Shown: piece after piece, positions 1 to 8,315 of the stretch
Layout: each line of letters opens with the position of its first letter
Position numbering within the stretch: the stretch's first letter is position 1
Source of the DNA: Chloroflexota bacterium
GTDB taxonomy: Bacteria > Chloroflexota > Dehalococcoidia > Dehalococcoidales > RBG-16-60-22
Direction: 5' to 3'
Length of the DNA stretch: 32,113 bases
Assembly: GCA_022574315.1 (NCBI GenBank)
Contig: JACZSH010000003.1
Span: 1 to 32,113, forward strand
Notes under the pieces: model-generated
Told to the model about the DNA's origin: nothing
Seen by the model: only the letters and a program-made list of their open reading frames with translations
Database searches by the model: none
Program-made: the position numbers and the translations under genes

Positions 1-341
1 GTCATTGCCCGGTTGCCGTGCTTGGCTACCCTGAGGCCGGCGCCGGCGGCGATAAAGGCGGCGGCGGTGGAGATATTGATGCTGGAGCAGTTGTCCCCCC
101 CCGTCCCGCAGGTATCCACCAGCGGCGGTGCCGCCTTCACCGGGACGGCTTTTTCACGCATCACGCTGGCCAACCCGGCAATCTCCTCCACCGTCTCCCC
201 TTTTATCCGCAGCGCGGTGACCAGGGCGGCAATCTGGGCCGGCGTTGCCTCCCCGCCCATTATCTCCGCCATCACCCCGGCCGCCTCCTCAAAGCTGAGG
301 GAATCGCCGCTAACCAGGCTGTTGATGGCTTCTTTAATCAT
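1..341 (-). CDS. trpD: Anthranilate phosphoribosyltransferase (5' part; runs off the window edge)
   Basis: Not in the ORF track. Manual translation from ATG 341 gives [12 protein letters not shown]...[13 protein letters not shown]...DTCGTGGD...NISTAAAF...VAKHGNRAM, carrying the TrpD DTCGTGGD and KHGN motifs. It overlaps the trpG stop. Confidence 0.96.
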   Translation of the reverse strand, partial: MIKEAINSLVSGDSLSFEEAAGVMAEIMGGEATPAQIAALVTALRIKGETVEEIAGLASVMREKAVPVKAAPPLVDTCGTGGDNCSSINISTAAAFIAAGAGLRVAKHGNRAM

Positions 342-912
342 CTTGAGTCTCCTTGTTGAGAAAGTTTTTTAACAAATCTTTTCCCACGTCGGTTAATATC
401 GATTCCGGGTGGAACTGGACTCCCTCCACGTTAAACCGGCGGTGGCGCAGTCCCATTATCAGGCCGTTTTCCGTCCAGGCGCTCACCTCCAGGCAGTCGG
501 GCAGGCCGTCACGCATCACCGCCAGGGAATGGTAGCGGATGGCCGGGAAAGGGTTGGCCAGTCCCGTAAATACCCCTAACCCATCGTGGTGGATGAGTGA
601 TGACTTGCCGTGCTTGATTTCACCGGCGTGCCCCACCGTGCCCCCGTAGCTGTGGCCGATGCACTGGTGTCCCAGGCACACCCCCAGTATGGGGAGTCGC
701 CCGCCGAAGTGGCCGATTACCTGGTTGGAAATGCCCGCCTGCTGCGGGGTGCCCGGCCCCGGAGAAATAACGATGCGCTCCGGTGCCAGCTCTTCCATCT
801 CGGCCAGGCTCATTTTGTCGTTCCGGGCCACGACCACTTCCTCTCCCAGTTCGCTCAGGTACTGGAAAAGGTTGTAGGTGAAACTGTCGTAGTTATCGAT
901 TAACAGCAGCAT
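334..912 (-). CDS. trpG: Anthranilate synthase component II (glutamine amidotransferase)
   Basis: Motifs [24 protein letters not shown] and GVQFHPES; lies between trpE and trpD. Confidence 0.96.
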   Translation of the reverse strand: MLLLIDNYDSFTYNLFQYLSELGEEVVVARNDKMSLAEMEELAPERIVISPGPGTPQQAGISNQVIGHFGGRLPILGVCLGHQCIGHSYGGTVGHAGEIKHGKSSLIHHDGLGVFTGLANPFPAIRYHSLAVMRDGLPDCLEVSAWTENGLIMGLRHRRFNVEGVQFHPESILTDVGKDLLKNFLNKETQDD

Positions 913-2335
913 GGTTAGCCTCCGCCTGCTTGATTGCGGTCAGTAGCGCCTGGGCTTTGTTCAAGGTTTCCTGGTATTCGTTCTCCGGCACGCTGTCGGC
1001 AACGATGCCACCCCCCGCCTGGACGTAGGCGACTCCGTCCTTGATGACGATGGTGCGGATGGTGATGGCCGTGTCCAGGTTGCCGGAGAAGTCGAAGTAG
1101 CCCACCGCCCCCGCGTAAGGCCCTCTTTTCTCCGGTTCCAGTTCGGCGATAATCTCCATCGCCCGTATCTTGGGGGCGCCGGAGACCGTACCGGCCGGGA
1201 AACAGGCCCGCAGGGCGTCGAACTGGGTCAGCCCCGCCCGGAGCTTGCCCTGGACGTGGGATACCAGGTGCATGACGTGGGAGTAGCGCTCGATGTCCAT
1301 GAACTGGGTCACCTCCACCGTGCCCGGCTCGCTGATTCGGCCGATGTCGTTGCGTCCCAGGTCAACCAGCATGAGGTGCTCGGCGCGTTCCTTCTCGTCG
1401 TTGATTAGCTCTTCGGCCAGCCTGTCGTCTTTGTCCGCATCCTGGCTGCGGGGCCGGGTGCCGGCAATGGGGTGGTTGGAGACCACGCCGTCTTCCACTC
1501 GCACCAGCAGTTCCGGTGACGCCCCGACGATGTGGGTGTCGCCCAGGTGCAGGAAATACATGTAGGGTGACGGGTTTATCGAGCGTAACGCGCGATATAT
1601 GGCAAAGGGACTGGCCTTAGTTTGCTTGGACAGTCGCTGGGAGAGCACCACCTGGATGATATCGCCGGCGTAGATGTAGTCTTTGGCCTGCCTTACGTTG
1701 GCTTCAAACTCTGCCTGGGAAAGATTTGATAATACTGGAGACTCAGTAGAAGCCGATGGCGAAACCTCGGCAGGAATCGGCTGCCTTAGCCTCTCCACCA
1801 GGCGGTCGATTTTATCGGTGGCCTCCCGGTATGCCGTCTCGATATCGCCGTCTAGGTGAGCGTGGGCGACGATTTTAATCTTGTGGGTGAGGTGGTCGAA
1901 GACCAGCAGCGTGTCCGCCAGCATCAGTACCGATTCGGGAAGACCGAGCGCATCGCGCTCCGGCGAGGGTAATTTCTCAAAATAGCCGGCCACTTCGTAG
2001 CCGAGGTAGCCGACCATGCCGCCGTGGAACCGGGGCAGGCCGGGAACCGGCACCGGCTGAAATCGCTGGAACTCTTTTTCTATCAGGAGCAGGGGGTCGA
2101 CTTTATTATTCCCACCCGTTTCCAGTACCATCGAGGGTTCGGTGCCGATGAAGCTGTAGCGGGCGAGCCGTTCGCCGCCCTCCACGCTCTCCAGCAGGAA
2201 CGAGTAGTCGCCGCGGGCAATCTTGAGGTAGGCGGATACCGGCGTTTCCATGTCGGCCATTATCTCGCGGTACACCGGTACCAGGTTGCCCTGTTTCTTC
2301 AGTTGTCGTACTTCTTCAAGCGTCGGGTAATACAT
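893..2335 (-). CDS. trpE: Anthranilate synthase component I
   Basis: Motifs LLESVEGG, NPSPYMY, PIAGTRPR, EHLMLVDLGRND and SGAPKIRAM. Start moved to ATG 2335 (MYYPTL) behind a GGAGAGG RBS, because the longer ORF runs into the T-box terminator. Confidence 0.96.
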   Translation of the reverse strand: MYYPTLEEVRQLKKQGNLVPVYREIMADMETPVSAYLKIARGDYSFLLESVEGGERLARYSFIGTEPSMVLETGGNNKVDPLLLIEKEFQRFQPVPVPGLPRFHGGMVGYLGYEVAGYFEKLPSPERDALGLPESVLMLADTLLVFDHLTHKIKIVAHAHLDGDIETAYREATDKIDRLVERLRQPIPAEVSPSASTESPVLSNLSQAEFEANVRQAKDYIYAGDIIQVVLSQRLSKQTKASPFAIYRALRSINPSPYMYFLHLGDTHIVGASPELLVRVEDGVVSNHPIAGTRPRSQDADKDDRLAEELINDEKERAEHLMLVDLGRNDIGRISEPGTVEVTQFMDIERYSHVMHLVSHVQGKLRAGLTQFDALRACFPAGTVSGAPKIRAMEIIAELEPEKRGPYAGAVGYFDFSGNLDTAITIRTIVIKDGVAYVQAGGGIVADSVPENEYQETLNKAQALLTAIKQAEANHAAVNR

Positions 2336-2354
2336 TTTCCCCTCTCCGCGGGTA

Positions 2355-2662
2355 ATAAAAAAGCCTCTCACCCTAAAAGGGGCGAGAGGCTTGCTTTCGC
2401 GGTGCCACCCTTCTTGGTCGTCCTCGGGAACGGTGAAGACGGCCATCTCTGCAGGTACGGAGGCAGGCTTTTCAGGTACTTACCTCGATACCCCGGGATA
2501 CGATAACGCTTCCCCTGCGTCAAGGCCTACTCGTCAGCCAGCCGGCAACTTTCGGCTTGCGGCTCCCGGGTCCATTTGGCTCCGGCGCTGGCGTCGGCTC
2601 ACACCTTACCCGACTCTCTGTGCCCCGCTTTGAAGCTTACTACTCCCGTTCGCTGCCTTTAC
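2355..2662 (-). ncRNA. Trp-specific T-box riboswitch leader
   Basis: The minus strand shows AGTA, CAGAGAG and GGTGTGAG stem-I motifs, a specifier AAA-TGG-ACCC (Trp codon at 2572-2574), the T-box AAGGGTGGCACCGCG (2398-2412) and a terminator directly before trpE. Confidence 0.93.
2357..2392 (-). terminator. Intrinsic terminator (attenuator) of the trp T-box
   Basis: AAGCCTCTCGCCCC-TTTT-AGGGTGAGAGGCTT hairpin running into a T-tract on the minus strand. Confidence 0.9.
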
Positions 2663-2674
2663 ATATAATAGATA

Positions 2675-2703
2675 ATTCTAACAATATTTCAGTGGTTTGT
2701 CAA
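2675..2703 (-). promoter_or_regulatory. Sigma70-type promoter of the trp leader
   Basis: TTGACA (2703-2698), 17-bp spacer, TAGAAT (2680-2675), just upstream of the T-box. Confidence 0.8.
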
Positions 2704-2811
2704 ATGAGGATGGTGATGTCATTGCGAGCCGAAAGGCTTACACCCGCCAGGCGAACGGAGATAGCCAGGAAAGCTGCTTTGGCTGGGTGGGGCAAATAAT
2801 CAGCCCCGCTT

Positions 2812-3156
2812 TTACTGTATAGCCAGCTTGGCGCTGACAAGACGATTAACGCTGATATTAGCTTCTGCTGCCTGTATTGCCAGACGTCTATGCACGTCTG
2901 GCGGTATGCGAACTGTAAATGTGCCTGAATACTGCCTTGTAGCGAGTGGTTCAGGAACGGGTTCATTATTCGCTTGCATATCTGGAATGACTTCTGCCAC
3001 AAGGTTGAGAATACCCTGCATAGCTGTATACTGGGTATCAGCTAGCCAACTTAGACTGGGAAACTCTGCACACAATCCTACATATTCTTTATCTTCTTCC
3101 GACCAGGTAACCCGATAAGTATAGCGGTCATTCTTTATTGCTAATTTAGTTACCAT
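2812..3156 (-). CDS. hicB: HicB-family antitoxin
   Basis: YTYRVTWSEED..YVGLCAEFPSLSWLA N-terminal domain plus the RHH-like YSGTFTVRIPPDVHRRLA...SVNRLV. Start set at ATG 3156, overlapping the hicA end. Confidence 0.88.
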   Translation of the reverse strand: MVTKLAIKNDRYTYRVTWSEEDKEYVGLCAEFPSLSWLADTQYTAMQGILNLVAEVIPDMQANNEPVPEPLATRQYSGTFTVRIPPDVHRRLAIQAAEANISVNRLVSAKLAIQ

Positions 3157-3397
3157 TTTGCACCTCCAGTTTTTCAATGGCTTTTAACACTTGTCTAACT
3201 TGGTATGCTTTTGCCTTGCCATTATCGTCCTGTATATTAATTCTAGGGTCACCAATCCAGGGAGTTTTATATATAATATGGCTTCCTTTTTGACGACCTT
3301 CCCCAAAGTAATAATCACAGATTTTACAGAGGTCAGCGAAACTAACATTTTTCGGATTCTTTCCTAGTTGCTTAACTGCGCTATCTGTGGAATCCAT
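3146..3397 (-). CDS. hicA: HicA-family toxin
   Basis: 83 aa with NPKNVSFADL, RQKGSH and GKAKAYQVRQV; directly upstream of hicB; low GC. Confidence 0.85.
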   Translation of the reverse strand: MDSTDSAVKQLGKNPKNVSFADLCKICDYYFGEGRQKGSHIIYKTPWIGDPRINIQDDNGKAKAYQVRQVLKAIEKLEVQNGN

Positions 3398-3408
3398 CTC
3401 TCTACAAG

Positions 3409-3438
3409 AATGGTATCATTAATGATACCATTTGTCAA
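3409..3438 (-). promoter_or_regulatory. hicAB promoter with a perfect 24-bp palindromic operator
   Basis: AATGGTATCATTAATGATACCATT (3409-3432) is a perfect palindrome. It covers the spacer and -10 of TTGACA (3438-3433)-17 bp-TACCAT (3415-3410). Confidence 0.8.
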
Positions 3439-3531
3439 ATGGGTATTGCTAAAAGAAATGATTATAATATCAAACTACCAGTGAGCGGAACAAATCCGGG
3501 AAATCTTATTTCCCCCTTCTCCCCCCACCCC

Positions 3532-3702
3532 TCAAAAATCCCCCAGCGGAGCCTGTCCCATGGACTCCAGGAAAGAGGTGTCGTTGTGCCGGGTGAGAAT
3601 GAACTGCCCGTTTTCGTTCAATTCGATGTCCATCCGACCCCGGAATAGCTCGGCCGCGTTCCACTCGGTTTCCCCGTGTCTTATCAACAGGATTTCGGTC
3701 AT
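3532..3702 (-). pseudogene. Histidine phosphatase (PGM/CobC family) with a large in-frame internal deletion, 56 aa
   Basis: Manual translation: MTEILLIRHGETEWNAAELFRGRMDIELNENGQFILTRHNDTSFLESMGQAPLGDF*. The RHG N-terminus is joined directly to the typical NDTS C-terminus; TAATG overlap with the upstream gene. Confidence 0.8.
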
Positions 3703-4133
3703 TACCGGTAGTCCCCCGGCGACTTTATCTCCGGTGTCAGCCCGTTCTCTTTGAACGCCGATATTACCACCGATTTTAGTTCCTCGTGTTCAGGACTGAA
3801 AAACAGGTGGCTGTGGCAGCGGCAGTCGCTGGCGCCGAAACCGGGAATGGGCCGGCAGCAGGAGCCGATTGCCCCGGCGATGGCACACTCGACCCTGTCC
3901 CTGGTCTCGCCGATGATGATATCGGTAACGATTGCTTTTTGCAGCAGGTAGTCGATATGCCAGTGAATCTTTTTGGCGGGGCTTAAATGGCGTCTCAACC
4001 GGGCCGGAATCCCGTTCAACGCCGAGCCCACGTAAGCATAATAACCACATGAGAAAGAAAGGGCGGGCAGGCGACCCGCTTTTACGGTTCGCCTCTTCGC
4101 CAGTCTGGCCAGGAGAACGTAGCCTCCGGTCAC
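3702..4133 (-). CDS. GIY-YIG/Uri superfamily nuclease (DUF123 type)
   Basis: GYYAYVGSA, RLRRH, HWHIDYLL and GFGASDCRCHSHL motifs. GTG start at 4133 overlaps the upstream TGA. Confidence 0.85.
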   Translation of the reverse strand: MTGGYVLLARLAKRRTVKAGRLPALSFSCGYYAYVGSALNGIPARLRRHLSPAKKIHWHIDYLLQKAIVTDIIIGETRDRVECAIAGAIGSCCRPIPGFGASDCRCHSHLFFSPEHEELKSVVISAFKENGLTPEIKSPGDYR

Positions 4134-4387
4134 TCGGTAGAGTCCGTTTTCTCGACTTCGATAGTGCATTCGGTGACCAGCGCCGCGAAGGCGCCGATGG
4201 CGGCCAGTACCGGCGCCGCCAGTATCCCCAGTGCTGCTACGGGTGCGCCAATCGACAGTGGAATCTCAATCAAGGTCCGGCCCTCGTGCACCAGGCGCAC
4301 CTTCCTGATGTTGCCTTCGTGCAGGAGCTGTTTCACTTTATCGACCACCTGGCTTCCCGATACGGTAAATTTTTCCGTCTTCGCCAT
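4130..4387 (-). CDS. DUF4342-like small protein
   Basis: VDKVKQLLHEGNIRKVR...IEIPL...LAAIGAFAALVTECTIEVEK pattern. Confidence 0.8.
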   Translation of the reverse strand: MAKTEKFTVSGSQVVDKVKQLLHEGNIRKVRLVHEGRTLIEIPLSIGAPVAALGILAAPVLAAIGAFAALVTECTIEVEKTDSTE

Positions 4388-4520
4388 AGTAAACCTCTTG
4401 GTATAATCAGAACCAACCCAGCCTTATCGGCTTTCGGTAAACGCGCCAGGTGAATTGTATTTTAGCTTTATACTACATCAATGACCCTTTGTCAATGGTA
4501 TCGGATATTTATTAGCTCCT

Positions 4521-4862
4521 TCACTCCAGGTCTTTCTTCTTTTCTTCGTACTCCTCTTTGTTTATCTCGCCCCGGGCATATCGCTTTCTAAGCACCTCAA
4601 GGGCTGAATCAGGTTGTACAGAACTGGCATCAGTACCTCTGGGCTGGCCTGCTCCGCGCACCAGGGCGACCACCCCCCATATGATAAGCCCCAGAAAAAG
4701 GATCCAGAAAATGGGCATTAACCACATCCAGCCGAAGCCGCCCATCATCCCCCAGCCTCCGTAATGACCTCCCCAGATTAGTCCGAAGACGCCGGGCAGG
4801 ACAACCAGGATGGCGATGACTATGCCCCCGATAATCAATGCTGTCTTCATATTTTTATTCAT
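4521..4862 (-). CDS. Membrane protein with C-terminal SHOCT domain
   Basis: Two hydrophobic segments, a GWGMMGG stretch and C-terminal ALEVLRKRYARGEINKEEYEEKK. Confidence 0.85.
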   Translation of the reverse strand: MNKNMKTALIIGGIVIAILVVLPGVFGLIWGGHYGGWGMMGGFGWMWLMPIFWILFLGLIIWGVVALVRGAGQPRGTDASSVQPDSALEVLRKRYARGEINKEEYEEKKKDLE

Positions 4863-4920
4863 TAGTTGTCTCCTTATGGCGCAGATTGATAAATTTGCTA
4901 TCTCGGTGATTGTTTCCAGG

Positions 4921-5241
4921 TCAACCGAGACTCACCACCTTATCTGATTTAATAATCATCTCTACTAACTCTGACATGGTAGAGACCGGACATACCCCGG
5001 CCGCCTGGTGTCTTGCTTCCAGGCAGGTACCACAGGCCAGGAGGTTGCCGCCGCCATTTAGAAACTTTTCCAGCACGCCGGCAATATCGAAAGCCTTGTT
5101 TTTGATGTTTACTATTTCCACGCCGCTACCGAGCAGGAAGAGGCTGGTCTCGTTGCCGCCGCTAAGCGCTTCGTTACCCAGGCGCAGCCCATTCCAGGCG
5201 GTCTCCGGGTCGCTGGTGTTCATAATAATACCCAGCTTCAC
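4921..5241 (-). CDS. DsrE/DsrF-like sulfur-relay family protein
   Basis: DPETAWNGLRLG, FLLGSGVE, ACGTCLEAR and CPVSTMSEL motifs. Confidence 0.85.
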   Translation of the reverse strand: MKLGIIMNTSDPETAWNGLRLGNEALSGGNETSLFLLGSGVEIVNIKNKAFDIAGVLEKFLNGGGNLLACGTCLEARHQAAGVCPVSTMSELVEMIIKSDKVVSLG

Positions 5242-5243
5242 TG

Positions 5244-5771
5244 TTATTTGACCTCCAGTGAGGTATTCAGGTTGACCGGCGTGCTAAGCGCGTAGACGGC
5301 CGGGCATCTCTCGTAGGCAAGCCTTTCTATCTCTTCCAGTTTCTCCCTGGGAGCTTCGCTCTCCACCTCAAGGGTAATATGTATCTTCTCTATGACTGGT
5401 TCTTGAGATAAACCAAAGGCACGGGAGAAGTTCAGATTGCTCTCCAGCCTGGCGGTAAGCTTTTTTAGCTCTACCCCCATCGTGCTCGCCACGGTAGCAA
5501 AAGTAGTCGTGTAGCAGGAGACCAGGCCGAAGAAGCAGTAGTGTAAAGGGCCAGGCCTGGTGCCGCCACCGCCCAGGTTTGTCGGCTGGTCAGACTCCAT
5601 TATGATTTTGCCACCCTCAAAGTTAATCTCGGCCCGGAACTGGGGACCACCTTCCTCTAAAAGCCACTCTCCTTCAATCTTTTGAGAACGCTTGACCTTG
5701 GATTTATCAGTCTCTGCCTCCTTGATGATCCGGGCTAACCGGCCCGCATTGACGTTGTTCAAGATTGTCAT
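5244..5771 (-). CDS. OsmC/Ohr-like protein
   Basis: DQPTNLGGGGTRPGP..Y..GLVSC and a distal RCP: the two-Cys OsmC pattern. Confidence 0.85.
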   Translation of the reverse strand: MTILNNVNAGRLARIIKEAETDKSKVKRSQKIEGEWLLEEGGPQFRAEINFEGGKIIMESDQPTNLGGGGTRPGPLHYCFFGLVSCYTTTFATVASTMGVELKKLTARLESNLNFSRAFGLSQEPVIEKIHITLEVESEAPREKLEEIERLAYERCPAVYALSTPVNLNTSLEVK

Positions 5772-5791
5772 TATCGTACCTCCTGGTTATT

Positions 5792-6115
5792 CTAATTTGT
5801 CCTTCCCTGAATGAGAGCTGCATCCTGCCTGATTTGCTCAAACAGGATTTCCCGCAACATGTCAAACACTTCGAGGAGGCGGGGATTGGTTATCCGGTAG
5901 TAGACTGCGTTTCCCTCTTTCCTTGAGACCAGGATGCGGCGTTCCTTCATCATGGTTAAGTGCTGAGACAGGTTGGCCGGAGTAATACGGAGTCTCTCTC
6001 CAATTTCGCCGGCACTCATTTCTTGCTCGCGTAGAATATTAATCAGTTCCAGTCGCTTCGGATGAGAGAACACCTTACACATTTCGGCATGGTAGGTGTA
6101 AAGCTGGTTTTCCAT
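5792..6115 (-). CDS. ArsR/SmtB family transcriptional regulator
   Basis: AEMCKVFSHPKRLELIN...NLSQHL...RKEGNAVYYRI winged HTH. Confidence 0.9.
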   Translation of the reverse strand: MENQLYTYHAEMCKVFSHPKRLELINILREQEMSAGEIGERLRITPANLSQHLTMMKERRILVSRKEGNAVYYRITNPRLLEVFDMLREILFEQIRQDAALIQGRTN

Positions 6116-6160
6116 ACTAACTCCTCCCTTGATTCTGCCGGATGATTTGTAATTTTAGAA

Positions 6161-6214
6161 ATTTAGAAATAGCTTAATAAGAAAAGTATATCATACCAAA
6201 TCTTAACCTGTCAA
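6161..6214 (-). promoter_or_regulatory. arsR-operon promoter and possible operator
   Basis: TTGACA (6214-6209), 18-bp spacer, extended -10 TGaTATACT (-10 at 6190-6185). An imperfect inverted repeat ATTTAG-N6-CTTAAT (6161-6178) lies just downstream. Confidence 0.55.
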
Positions 6215-6293
6215 CGGCGTTGGCTACCCGGTGTTGACCCTGTTGAAAAATTGACTGACCATGATATACTGTAAGGCATAGCGGGGGGCTAAT

Positions 6294-7232
6294 TTGGCCG
6301 GTAAAGACTTGCTTTCCATATCCGACCTCAATCCTGAGGACATCAGGCTACTCATTTCCAATGCCGTGGACATGAAATCCGGGGGCTGGACGTCTTCGCT
6401 GGGCGGTAAAACGCTGGCACTGGTTTTTGAAAAGCCGTCGCTGAGGACCCGACTAAGCTTTGAGATTGCCATGCAGCAGCTGGGTGGCCAGGCTATTTAC
6501 CTGTCTCCCGACGAAGTGGGACTGGGTCATCGGGAGTCAGTCCCGGACGTGGCCCGCGTGCTGAGCCGGTATGCGGACGCCATCTCCGTCAGCACCTTTT
6601 CCCATGGGACCCTGGAGACTCTGGCGGCTTACGCCAGCGTGCCGGTGATAAACGCCCTTTCTGACCTGGAGCATCCCTGCCAGGCACTGGCTGATTTCCT
6701 GACCATTTATGAGAAAAAAGGCGAGTTGGCCGGCTTGGCCGTGGCTTATGTCGGCGATGGTAACAACGTGGCGAACAGCCTTTTACTGGTGGCTTCGCAA
6801 ATCGGGGTCGATTTCAGGATTGCCGCCCCTGGCGGCTATCAGCTTCAGGAGGATATATTGCGTAAAGCCCGGGAATACGCCGTCGGGAGCGGTGCCCATA
6901 TTCTATGTACTGAGGAACCCCGCCTGGCAGTCACCGAGGCGGATGTGGTTTATACCGATGCCTGGGCGAGCATGGGTCAGGAGGCTGAAGCCGAACCGCG
7001 GCGGCAGGTTTTTGCTGGTTACCAGGTAAACGAAGAGCTTCTAGCTCTGGCCCGGGCGGATGCCATATTCATGCATCCCCTGCCGGCTCATCGTGGTGAA
7101 GAAGTGTCCGAGAATATTCTGGACTGTCGGCAATCGGTTGTCTTTGACCAGGCGGAGAACCAGTTGCACCTGCAAAAAGCGTTGCTGGCCGGGATGCTCG
7201 GCAGCTTGGAAATACCGCTGGCTAATTATTAA
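6294..7232 (+). CDS. argF: Ornithine carbamoyltransferase homologue with atypical active-site residues
   Basis: FEKPSLRTR, HPCQ, GDGNNV, DAWASMG and HxLP motifs identify the OTCase family. See the finding on the R-to-S and R-to-Q changes. Confidence 0.85.
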   Translation: MAGKDLLSISDLNPEDIRLLISNAVDMKSGGWTSSLGGKTLALVFEKPSLRTRLSFEIAMQQLGGQAIYLSPDEVGLGHRESVPDVARVLSRYADAISVSTFSHGTLETLAAYASVPVINALSDLEHPCQALADFLTIYEKKGELAGLAVAYVGDGNNVANSLLLVASQIGVDFRIAAPGGYQLQEDILRKAREYAVGSGAHILCTEEPRLAVTEADVVYTDAWASMGQEAEAEPRRQVFAGYQVNEELLALARADAIFMHPLPAHRGEEVSENILDCRQSVVFDQAENQLHLQKALLAGMLGSLEIPLANY

Positions 7233-7244
7233 CGGGAGGATAGT

Positions 7245-7916
7245 ATGTATACGTTAAAGACTGTCCTGAGACGCGGCTGGTATCCGTCTTTGATAACGGC
7301 ACTGGCGGTAGCCGGCTATATTTATGGCTGGTCGATTACGCTGGTAGCGCCGACGCTGATTCTTATCCTGTTTGTCGGCCTGATAGTAACCGCCATCAGG
7401 GCACGGGAAAAACAGCTGGAACTCTCTGCAATCAAGTTTCGACAGCTGGCGGAATATTTTAACCACCGGTTCATGGGTGACTCATCTTTATCCATCTTCG
7501 TTATCATTGATGGCCTGTATAATGTAGACAATCCCAAGCTCTGGGAATGGGCCAGGGCCTGTGACGCGTCCCAGCGTATCTTCAACAGCTGGTGTGACAG
7601 CTTTATCAGCCGGGTTGACAGTGACGTCGGTGTCCGGCGGTTTGCCAATTACCTCTATACCTATTTAACCGAACTCTGGTTGATAACCACCCGTTACTAT
7701 GATTTCATCGAGCAGTTTTATGAGGTTGCCGGGAAAGTCGAAGTCCCGGTCGAGACTATCACCCAGTACAACAAATTTGTCATGGAATACAACGCGTTTG
7801 TCCAGGATTTCAGAGATAACATCACCGAATTGAGAAATACTGCCCGGACCAGTATTGAAGCCCCCAGCGTGAAGCTGGCACAAGAACTGTCGAAAGCTAA
7901 GTCCTCACCTTCTTAG
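7245..7916 (+). CDS. Hypothetical protein with two N-terminal TM helices and a helical soluble domain
   Basis: 223-aa ORF with GGGAGG RBS, in the argF-der run; no family recognised. Confidence 0.75.
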   Translation: MYTLKTVLRRGWYPSLITALAVAGYIYGWSITLVAPTLILILFVGLIVTAIRAREKQLELSAIKFRQLAEYFNHRFMGDSSLSIFVIIDGLYNVDNPKLWEWARACDASQRIFNSWCDSFISRVDSDVGVRRFANYLYTYLTELWLITTRYYDFIEQFYEVAGKVEVPVETITQYNKFVMEYNAFVQDFRDNITELRNTARTSIEAPSVKLAQELSKAKSSPS

Positions 7917-7940
7917 CCATGACTGGAGCCGGAGGTCGGG

Positions 7941-8315
7941 ATGGGTTTTTTGCGGAGAGTGGCTTTGCCCTGTGGGATAGTCGGCGGGACCTGGGGGGTG
8001 CTGGCTCCAATCGTGTTGCCGGTGACAGTGCTGCTCATGGGTGAGGAAGAAATCAGTTCCCTGTCAGGTATGGCCGGGGCAGTCCGGCTGTGGTTGAGTT
8101 TCGTAGCCCTGATGGGTGCGCTGGGAATCCTGGCGGTAATCTTGATTAGGAGAAATAATAAATTGGGGAAACCTTTGCTCTGGACAAGTGCCATAGCCAT
8201 ACTGCTGGCCAGTTTCGTTGACATCGCCATCGGGCTGTTTTTCCTGCCCGCTGCCGTCCTGTTGGCGGTGGCTGCCTTTGGTCTGTTCAGGGAAGAATTA
8301 GGAAGTAAAGCGTGA
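7941..8315 (+). CDS. Hypothetical membrane protein (about 4 TM)
   Basis: GGAGG RBS; hydrophobic; GTGA overlap with der. Confidence 0.7.
   Translation: MGFLRRVALPCGIVGGTWGVLAPIVLPVTVLLMGEEEISSLSGMAGAVRLWLSFVALMGALGILAVILIRRNNKLGKPLLWTSAIAILLASFVDIAIGLFFLPAAVLLAVAAFGLFREELGSKA

Noticed and set aside
2336-2446. N-terminal extension of TrpE given in the ORF track
   Set aside because: It overlaps the T-box antiterminator and terminator; the RBS supports ATG 2335.
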